Origin: Chlorokybus atmophyticus
Taxonomy: Eukaryota; Plantae; Mesostigma and Chlorokybus algae
Length of the DNA stretch: 64,000 nucleotides
NCBI GenBank assembly: GCA_009103225.1
Contig: RHPI01000671.1
Location: 402,100 to 466,099, forward strand
Reading direction: 5' to 3'
Shown: piece after piece, positions 33,371 through 43,499 of the stretch
Numbering within the stretch: the first letter of the stretch is position 1
Layout of the letters: each line of letters starts with the position of its first letter
Program-made: the position numbers and the translations under genes
The notes under the pieces: generated by a model
Database searches by the model: none
What the model was told of the DNA's origin: nothing
Seen by the model: the letters and a program-made list of their open reading frames with translations, nothing else

Positions 33371-34136
33371 CGGCAAGCTGCTGGTGGTGACGTGGGCAGC
33401 GGCGGTGAGGGCGGCGCGGTGTTGGTTGGAGCTGGCGAGGTTGTGGACGACCTGGTTGTGGGACGCCTGCTCTCGGCTGACGTTCAGGCTCTTTGTGTGG
33501 GAGCTTCGCGCCTGGCGGCTGTTGACAGGTGACTTGACGAGCTTAACATTCAAGAAAGAAAGTCAGCTGCTTTCTCCACATGCTGTTTTGCATGTATGCT
33601 TTTGCTGTTTAAACCTGCCGGTTTTCTGTCGCAAAGTATTTACTTGCAGCCAGGTGGATAATGTTCAAGGTAACAACTGGTTTGCTGTTCCTCACGTGGT
33701 GACTGCACAAAATTGAGCCAAATGAAGAAGCAAGCATGAAACGCAGTGCTTGCTTTCCATTCCGTACGCTTGTGGCAGACGTGATGACGTACAATAAACC
33801 AGGCAACATCAACTGAGCGCATGTGAAAAACAAACAGGTTGCCTCCTTGTTGTGAAGCCTTGTGTTGCCACAATTGCGTATGCCCGCGTTGCTGCATGTC
33901 CGTTATTCTAACAACAAAAATGTTCGTAGGCATGTCGCTTTGTCATTACGGCTATCATGTGCATGTTGCAACTGGTGCACATCTCACATGCTTGTTAGAG
34001 CCGGTCATCAGCGATCCTATTGCAACGTGTGTCGATTGTAATATGTGACGTATGTTTATGCAGTACATGCACACAGTTAGGTGCAGAATGGATGACACTC
34101 AATTAGTTTCCAACCGCATTACGCGTGTGCAGATGA

Positions 34137-34550
34137 ATGGGAGATGATTGGCTGGCGCTTGACAAGGCCGAACACGTCGCATTCTGTTTCTTCTGCACAA
34201 TCGCTGGTTACTTCATTGCACGCATCGCGTGCTGCGGGTCCCGCGCTTGCCAGCACCGTTGGCGACTGATTTTTGGGACAGCTGTTGGGTCACTGGTAGG
34301 GTAAGTGCAACACTTGCATGCTGTTGAGTCTCTCACCTTGCACTGGCTAAGCTCACAGTGCACCCATACCAATTGTGGTATGTCTGCTGGCAACAGGTTG
34401 TTGAAGGAAGCTGGTGACTATTGGGGCTTATGGCCAGGCATGCTGTCATTGAAGGACTTGGCCGCTGACGGGCTCGGGTGCATAGCGGCCACAGGTGTAC
34501 TCTGGCTCTACAGTCGTAATCGACAACCCAAGCGAGAGCTTCCATTGTGA
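34137..34550 (+). CDS. Small YfiM/VanZ-like membrane protein, about 105 aa, 2 exons
   Basis: MGDDWLALDKAEHVAFCFFCTIAGYFIA...WRLIFGTAVGSLVG| (GTAAGT...CAG) GLLKEAGDYWGLWPGMLSLKDLAADGLGCIAATGVLWLYSR...*. The W..DK..H / G..KE..D / S..D..AD..G pattern fits YfiM/DUF2279-like proteins and their uncharacterised plant homologues. It is not visible as a single ORF in the track. Confidence 0.8.
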
Positions 34551-34659
34551 GACAGAAACTGCATAAGGTGGGTTGGCTTGACAAGTCTATCATATGTTTA
34601 TGTTGTTCGAGCCTGCATCTTGTCTGATGGACTGGCGTGTGCGTGTGTTGTGTCCTCAG

Positions 34660-37468
34660 ATGACGCGGTGGGGCGCACACTCCACCACCGCGGCATCCGT
34701 CCCAACAGCCCCGGCCTCTTCTGCGCTGTTTTACCATGGGGCGAGCGGCGGTGCAGCCGCAGGCAGCAATTCAGTTCGCACGCAACAGGTGTGTGTTTGG
34801 TCATGGTGTGTATGTTGTCGCCGTCATCAACTGAAGGTACCATGACCATGAACTCGATAACGAGCAGGTCAAAGCGATTCTTTCCCGGGTGGCACATTTG
34901 GTCCCGGCCGCGCCATGGCAGATGCCGCTGCAGGCTCTTACGCAGCTGAGACAGCTGCTGTCGGGCTCAGCCAATATTAGCATAGAGATGCAGGAGCAGG
35001 TGTGTTTGCACGGTGTGTGCGAGCACGCAATGTACAACCCATCTTGCATGACACAATCTTGTGACTTCTGCGTGGTTGCAGGTGTTTGCTCTGTTGATGC
35101 GGATATTTGCCGCTATACAGCATCAACTCACACGCATATCGAACGGGAACGTGCCGGCAACGGACCCAAGCTTTGCCCAGGTGCTGCATCACATGCACGC
35201 ACGAACCCACACGTGCGTATGCAAACACGCCCATGCGTGCGCACCATAACGCACACGCAGTGGTTGCTGGAGCTGAACCAGTTGTCGTGCAGATCCGCAC
35301 CGTGTTCTCCAACTTGAACCCCGTGACGCAACAAAGGATGTCGGCTTACTTCAGTTCACAGCGCTGCTTGTCCATAACGCTCGTGCTGTCGCAGTGCTCG
35401 ATCCTCATTCGTGACATTGATATGTACAAGGTGAGTATTGGTTTGTATCCTACCAGTGATCCTGTACACCTGCCAGTGTTACTCACTCAATGCGATGTTG
35501 TCTCTGCAGTTAACACATGGTTTGCTAGAAACAACTCCTGTGACGCCCGCGACACCTAAAAATCTGGACTCCACGCCCGCGACTGCGCCCTTCCGGGACG
35601 TTCTCAGCTGCATGCGCCAGCCGTTCCCGCCAGCACGCAAGCAGCCGATGTCGCCGATCCCCGCCGCTTTAGTTGGTATGAACGAGGGGCGCGTGTTCAT
35701 GTTGCTGTCCACTCCAGAAGGCATCAAAGAGCTGGTGAGAGAGTCATCTCATGTGAACTTGTTTGTTTTCCCAACACTCGGTTAACACAAGGCTTAGTAA
35801 ATGATGTTCAGGTGGACACATTGTCAACAAAGCGATTGGAGCACAAAGAGACAAGCATAGCGCGAATTCGCCAGGCAAATGGTGACAGTGATGTTGATGT
35901 GTTGACGTCTACTGTCTCGCTCAAGTGCCCGATCTCTTGCGCTCGCGTTCAGGCAAGCGCGTGAGGCTGTTGGGATTATTCTTGTCATTAGGCTAGGCGC
36001 AGAGGCGTGACTCAATGCTGGTTTGCAGGTTCCCGCTCGCACTGCACAATGCACTCACACGGCCTGCTTTGACTTGGCCACGCACATGATGGTGAGTCCC
36101 CGGACATGCAAGACAGGTTGCTTGCCATGTTTAACTCGTAGCTTGTTTGTTATAATTGTAAATACATGCGTCATACAGTTTGTGATGTTGTCAGTTGCCT
36201 GCAGCTCAATGCCAGCTTGATGAAGATGCAAGCGCAAGGCAAGAGGAAAAAGGACATGTGGACGTGTCCAATTTGCCGCAAGGCTGCCAACTGGCGGCAC
36301 CTCATCGTCGACGAGTTCAGTAAGTGCTGCTTGTGGTGTGCACAAATCTTGCCATTCTGCAGAGTGTGTCCATTAACAATGGTCTCAACCCCTCATTTCT
36401 GTATCCCAGTCTGGTCAATACTCCGGGAGACGTCCGAGGACGTTTGCGAGGTGATGGTGCAGCCGGATGCCAGCTGGAGTTTGCCCGGCAAGGGCAAAGT
36501 TGTCAAGGGCGAGAATGCTATAGCTGTTGTGGACTTGTCATCTGAGACGTCTGAGAGGAAGAAGCCACGCATGCTTGCGCCAACTCCATTGTCTGCTGCG
36601 CCTGTCGTGATCGACCTCACGGACACGGACGAGGAGGCGACTGCTGTAATTGATGCTGATGATGTAAGCTCGGATGATGCGACTACTCAAGAGTTGAGTA
36701 GCGTGCGAGAGAGTGAGGATACGGCGGGCACACCTGACTGCAACAGCAGTGCTGTACAACAACAACGACAACAGCGTGTGAAAGAGGAGGCGGTGGAAGA
36801 AACGCCAGCCACTTCTGGCGATGATGAAAGTGAAGGTGGTGATCGGCAGTCGAGACCGCACCTGAATTGCATTATGGATCCGGCCGAGGTTGAATACCGT
36901 AATGCGGTGATGTTGGAGGTGCAAGAGGCAGTCCTGGCACAGATGCAACCAAATCCACCACCGGAGGCATTTGCAACGGTACAGCCATTCTGGTTTGGGC
37001 AGGCTTTAGCTGGTAGCACATATACCCCTAACGATTCCACGTCTTCGCGCGTGCTGTATGAAGCCGACGTTATGCGCGAGTTGCATAGCCCCCCGCCATC
37101 CCAACCCAACAATCCCCCTGAACCGCTCCCAAGCTGCATCCCGAGTCCAATGTATGTCCCGACGATTGTGAACATCAACACGGCTTCTTATGGCGAGCTG
37201 CGGCAGCTGCCAGGTACACGCGCATGCGCGCGTGTCCTGAACATCAGTAGTAGCGCACGCCCTCACAGCGCATTCACCAACCAGCACACTTAACATAATA
37301 TCTCGTCGTGTTCTCGCAGGCATTGGGCCAATTCTTGCCAAGGCGATAGTGGAAGGCCGACCATACTGTGAAGTCCGCGATCTGCGCTTGGTACGAGGCT
37401 TCGGGCCGATGCATATGATCAAGCTGGCGCACAGGCTGGCGGTTGATGACTCAGGCGTCCCAACATGA
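34660..37468 (+). CDS. SP-RING (MIZ/zf-MIZ) SUMO E3/E4 ligase-like protein (SIZ1/PIAL family) with C-terminal ComEA-type helix-hairpin-helix
   Basis: The SP-RING reads DSDVDVLTSTVSLKCPISCARVQ|VPARTAQCTHTACFDLATHMM|...WTCPICRKAANWRHLIVDEF|..ILRETSEDVCEVMVQPDASW. An acidic linker carries SIM-like IAVVDLS and VVIDLTDTDEE. The C-terminus reads IVNINTASYGELRQLP|GIGPILAKAIVEGRPYCEVRDLRLVRGFGPMHMIKL...*. Confidence 0.85.
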
Positions 37469-38726
37469 CTTTAAGGCGTAGCGGGCATGTTGCTCTACGA
37501 GTCTGCATCATGTTCAATCAGGTGGAGCTGAAGATTGAGGGTAGCTTAATTCTAATCACATAGCAAGGATATCAGCGGCGGCTACACAGCATGCCAAGGC
37601 TGGGGTTGATGAGTCGTGGAGGCAATGAAGGCATCATTGTTTATGGCATGGTCATGGTTGTCTCATCATCTTCTGTTTTGTCTCTGCCAAGCTGCATGCC
37701 ATGGTGGTGGTTACCGCTGGTCAATGTTGGAGCTTGCTAAGTAGACAAGGAGTTGTACAGATGAAAACGAGTTGCACTGTTTCACAGGTATGTTGTTTGA
37801 AACTGTTATTGAAATGGGGATGTTTGTCTATATTCCAAAGCTTGTTGAAACTCCTGGGAATGATTGGGTCGTTAAATTAATAATATAAGGGAAAAGGCAT
37901 ACACACGCGTGGTTACTGTTTACCTAAAGAAGCAAGTGCAGGCAAAGCTTATGCTGAGCAATGCACTTCGGGCACTCAATTGCTTTGAACGCTTGGCGCA
38001 GTGTGGCTGGTGCAATTGTGGCGGTGAGGTGCTCCCAATGCGCAACGGTGCTTTGTGGTGTAGCAGTGTTGAGGTGCGTGTGCTTGGTGGCAATGTGGCG
38101 GTATAGTAGTGTGAATGTACTAGCAACAACGCTGTACGCATGTAACTCGCATGTGAGATATGAACATCTGTGTATCAGGAGTGTTATGTAAGCTTGACAG
38201 GATACTCGCTGCACTCCGTCAGCTGTACAAATTGTATGCAACGGCTGTACTGTATACATCAAAAAATGCATGTACTGGTGCCACACCCGTCACGGATGTA
38301 CAGAAAGCCGAAGCTCGATTGCAGCATGCACATTCCTGCCTTGCATGCGTTGTACATGCTGGCGCAGAGAAGCAAACACACCAGTCTCACCCAAACACGC
38401 ATCAATGGTTGACCACACCAGGCTGCAACACCCACACCTAATACTATACTGTGTGTGCTGCAATGAGTTATTGCCTCTGTGCCACGTCGCGGCAGCATTG
38501 CTGTACCCAAGCAGCACTCAGTTCTGGTGCATCGTTCCTTACCTATGAGCCACATCAGCTCAAGCATGTACAGACCAACAATGGAGATGTACCATATCCT
38601 GGAACTGCCTACGGGAGCACCTTGGGGTCCTTACCCTTGTCCTTATGTGTGAGTTATTTGCAAACAGGTTTGGACAAACAGGAAAAATGCATATGGAGCT
38701 TCAACTGCTGCATTCCACACGAGGGC

Positions 38727-40419
38727 TTACGCGCGTCTTGGTCTCAGCACGCGGCGCTCTGGCGTTGTCACAGGGGTAGTACGTTTGCGAACTATGCTTG
38801 CCTGCAAGCAAACATCTTTGTTGAGTGAAGTTTCCTCATCTATTGGTACCAACATGCGCAAACATTGGCTGTCAGTGCTGGGTGAAGTCACTGTTACAAT
38901 GCAAAGCACGAGGAAGATTAATACGTGCAGTAGTATTCCATGCACATGTGATGTATATGTGGCGCAACACACCTGAGCTGTGGTTAGCGCCGCGCTAATC
39001 CGTCTCTGCCTGGCTAGCGCCTTGAGGTTCACGCTTGAAGGCGTGTTGCTTGCGCAGAGCAGAGCGCCTTTTTCCGATGCACGCGATGATGATGCGATTG
39101 TCTCATATTCTCTGTTCTCTTTACTGGCATCGGAGTCGTATAACTCTGATGCCAGTAAAGGCTCTGAAACTTCAGAGTGGGAACGGGATTCACTTGGTCT
39201 CGGCAGGGTGTCGTCCTCGGCGCACTTCTCTAAACTTTGAGACTTGGAAGCTTCAGGAAACAACCGCCTTACAATTTGGGTTGGAACCTCCAATGCTGCA
39301 GACGATCAGCCATTGCATCAGCCATGACACAGTACAGTACTTCACATGCATAACAAACTCGCAACATTTGACTGAATGCAGCTGTGCTGGTCATGGTGTG
39401 TGCATGTTGGGGCATCACGGTGAGAGCAACAGCTTTCCTACCTTGATCTCTAGGCATTGCAGGCGAGCTTGGGGTAGGACTTGTGGCCAGCTGAGAGTCA
39501 ACATCTATTGCTCTATCCATAGGCGTGACCAACGCGGCATTCTGCTTCTTTGCAACGCGTGCACTGCGCCTCAAACCACGCGGCTCTGCATTGCAGTAGC
39601 CATCCGCTTCAGCAAATGGCATCATCATGTACATCAATCCAACTTAACCGACCAACAACTGCTTTGCCTTGCCACCAAGCACACGGTTCAAACAGCCACG
39701 GCATCACTGACATCTTGATCTTGACAGGCCAGAAAGTCGCATTGTACCTTCAATTGTTGGTGCTTTTTCGACAGCCGTCTCTTTGAGCTGTTCAGTGGGC
39801 GGCAATGCATTATCCGCTGGCGTGGGCACGATGACGACTTGCAGTTGTTGTTTGTTTCGAGTGGCGACAGCAGTCTCTTGCAGAGCAACAGCGTCCACAG
39901 CTGGTGCGGCAACCAATTCTCGCTCCCAGCTGGGCTCTTTGATCAGCGACAGCTGCATGATCTTCGTCTTGCGGCCTTGCACCTTCTTGGCAGAGTCTGG
40001 GTCTTTCAGCTGCCGCTGCTTGTGCATGTGCTCCTGCTTGGCGCGCTTGCGGATGCGCTCAAGGTTGCGATCAACTCTGCAGTTGACAACACATTGCTTA
40101 GACACGCAGCATTGCGAGCAATAAAACTTAGCAACTGTCATTGGTTATACTATACCCAGACAGCTGGCCTTGATGATAATGGTGGTGTTGGTATAGCTAG
40201 CATGGTTGTGTAAGCAGGAGAAAGCAGAGTAGCAGCGTGAGCATGTAGGCATTACCTGTGCGAGGCGTGGCGTTTGTCGTCCGCAATGCCGCCAAGCTTC
40301 CATGGAGCGTCCTTAGCCCATTCTATGAGAGGCCAGTTGGTGCGCTGCCAGCCGCCCTTGGGCATGGGCTCCCACCCATAGAATGTCTCAGTGTCCAGCA
40401 CCTTCATGCTCAGCACCAT
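38727..40419 (-). CDS. Hypothetical spliced protein, largely low-complexity
   Basis: MVLSMKVLDTETFYGWEPMPKGGWQRTNWPLIEWAKDAPWKLGGIADDKRHASH R|VDRNLERIRKRAKQEHMHKQRQLKDP... (phase-2 join). Further open exons at 39269-39637 and 38727-39293 end TTPVTTPERRVLRPRRA*. No domain was recognised. Confidence 0.6.
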
Positions 40420-41325
40420 GATGCCTTGCTCGGTGTCGCACACCGCAAAGCAGTTATGAGCACAAAGTGCCTTGATTGCTGCTGCTTTTGAGTTAACAGC
40501 AAGCAGCAGGCAAGCTGATGAAGACTACAACTTGCCACAAGCAGCCAAGCTAGCTACAGCGGGATGGCAGCCCCAACTGGCAAGCGGCTAGCAATGCAGG
40601 CTACCAGATGCAAAGCGCAACACACAATGGCAGCGATGGCGCTCAGCAGGCAATCAGGCACGAAGTAGTGAACCACTAACAAAGAAGCCCCTCCCCAAAG
40701 CAACAGCAACACGCATGCGCCGCCGCCGCCGCCGCCGCCGCCGCCGTTCAACACTGAAGCTGAATGCACGGTTGCTGCTCCGAACTCTCAGCTGCTTGCA
40801 TGCAATGCACCAGACCCGTCTTAAACACCGTATCAAGGAAACCTCGGTAACCAAAAGCAAGCCCGGCAGATATTTGTCTGCAAATCTTCCCTTGTTTTGG
40901 GGGGGAGCAACCCGGAAAATGGTGTTCGAATTGACGGAAGAAGAAGATTCAGCTTTTCGCGTCGCAGCACGGAAAGCTGGATTTTGCGCGGCCCCGCCAC
41001 AGGCACGAAGCTGCTTTTCCCGCCGGAACCTAAAGAATGCCCGCCCGCGGCATGAGTTGAAGTGTTACAGCGCGCGTCGCCATCGACTGTTTGTGCGTCG
41101 AGTATCGATGCCCGCGCGTGGTGTTGTCCTGCAATCAGCAGTGCGCGACACCGCCCATGCACAGAATTCCCGCGCTTCGCATCGAGTTACGCTGTGTTAC
41201 GTCACGTGACCTGTTCGTGACGGCGCGTTGTGTGTAAACACGCGCGAACGTCATCGGGCGGCGGTGAGTTACGCCACTGGCGGCGGCGGCAGCGGGACAA
41301 GGAGGCGACGGCACGTGGCGTGCTG

Positions 41326-42564
41326 ATGGACAGGAGAGTGGGTGTCGGTGTGGGAGTGCTCGTCTGCAGAGGCAACAAGGTGTGTGCAATGTCAGCAGTT
41401 GCTGAGGCTGTTGTCTGTACGCAAGCACTGATGCATGCCAATGTAGGTGCGTGTATGTGTGCGTGTGTTGCATGTGCAATATAGGGATTGACAACGTGTA
41501 AGAATCCCGTGCCATGCGCATGATCACTGAGTACACAACATCACGGCATGTTATATTTTATCATTGACAGGCTAACTGTGATGCAACCACACGCACGAGA
41601 CACGAGATCGTCATTGTCATCGCTGTCGCTGTCACCGCAATGATTAAATCAATATTGTCAGTAATTGCTCCATTAGGTGCTCGTGGGTAAGAGGAAGGGC
41701 TCTCACGGCGCAGGCACGTATGCTTTGCCTGGAGGACACCTCGATTTTGGTGCGTAAGCCAACGAATTTACATCACACAAGAACACCACACTAGTTGTGT
41801 AACACCAGCACACGTTCACGAATGCGCGCACAAACACATGCATGCACGCATGTGCACGCGCACGCACGTGCAGGCACAGGGGTGCGCACACGCGAAAACA
41901 CATACATGCCTCTACGCGCGCGCATGGGCATGCACAGGCACACGTGCGCACGCAGGCACACGCATATGCGCATGCTCACATGCACGCACACAACTGCTGC
42001 GCACATGCAAGCTTATGCATACGTGCATGCAAACCATGCCCACATGCCCCCCCCGCCCCCCCNNNNNNNNNNNNNNNNNNNNNNNNNNNNNNNNNNNNNN
42101 NNNNNNNNNNNNNNNNNNNNNNNNNNNNNNNNNNNNNNNNNNNNNNNNNNNNNNNNNNNNNNNNNNNNNNNNNNNNNNNNCACCACCACCACCACCACCA
42201 CACACGCAAGCATACACCGACACACACAGTGCCGTGCAACTGTTCATCAGACCCACTCACACATGCACACACAGGCGAAACATGGGCGGAGTGCGCCATT
42301 CGCGAGGTGTTAGAAGAGACCGGTCTCTCGATCTCCCCTCCCCGTTTCGCCTACGTGACAAACTCGATCATGCAAGAGGAGGCCAAGCACTACGTGACGA
42401 TCTTCATGAGGGCGGAGACGGTCGGCGGCGTGGACGCGGAGGCGAGAGTGATGGAGAAAGACAAGTGCGAGGAGTGGGTGTGGAGCGAGCTTGAGAATGT
42501 GCCGGAACCGAGGTTCATGCCGTTGCAGGACTTGATTGACTCGGGGTACACTCTGACCAGTTGA
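41326..42564 (+). CDS. Nudix hydrolase, NUDT15/MTH2/AtNUDX1-like (oxidised dNTP sanitiser)
   Basis: [62 protein letters not shown]...VTNSI...HYVTIFM...MEKDKCEEWVWSELENVPEPRFMPLQDL. The Nudix box [24 protein letters not shown] is intact. Confidence 0.93.
42063..42180. other. Assembly gap (N run) in Nudix intron 2
   Basis: N run flanked by C-rich and CAC-rich low-complexity sequence. Confidence 0.95.
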
Positions 42565-43499
42565 TCTAGTGTTGTGTGGCCTTGCTGCGTAGGTGATGTA
42601 GTACTAACATTCTTGTAGCACTACTACTTACTCTCCAGTTAATATCGGGAGACCAGTTGAGATACAGGGCAGGTGGTGTGCAAAAGCAAGAGGCGGATTT
42701 TGTTGTTTTCTTTGCATATCCTTGCATGGCCTTTTGCACAAGTTCATAAACATGGAAGTGGCACTACATCTACGAGACGCCAAACCAAGCATGAACTGCT
42801 AGACACAGTCAATAAGAACAAGTGACCTGCGCAAGTGCCGTATCACACGAGGCTTCCAGCGGCAGCAGATTGACCCAGCGAATCTACTAGGCTTCAAGGT
42901 ACTGCAGGAAAACAAACCATCTAGTGCAGTCATGACAGCCATAAAGTTGGCCTGCCCCTAAGTTGTATCTCACAGCACCTTTTTTGACATATGTTGAGTT
43001 GCCAATGTAAGCAGAGCTTAGCAAAAGAGTGTGCATAGCATACGGTCCCTGAGCCCTTGCGTTCAGTGTTTGCTTATACTTGGAGATCTTAAAACAAGAA
43101 CTTTCAAGTAACTTCTAGTCTTGCGGCTAGTGAAAGCATGGACCCTGCCCTCGAGTAAACTGCTTGGCAACCAAGGCAGAGCGCCTGCAAAAGTCAATGG
43201 CGAAATGCCTGGCAGCCATCAGCATCCTTGCATGTTGCAAGCGGTCCAGAAGCCTCTCTGTTGTCAGGCGCGCAGCGCTTTGCCATAGACCTGCATGGCA
43301 AGCACAATATGTAAAACGTATACAGCAGAGAGAACAACACACTACACCCATGTACGCACAACAAGAAACGCAGCCTGTCTCACTAATAAATGGCAAAACT
43401 GCATGAGTGTGTCTAGTACGACATTGCAAGACCGTACCTTTTTCCATGACTGCTGGAATATCTGAGTTAATGCTCAATCAAGTACAGGTAACCACTCCA

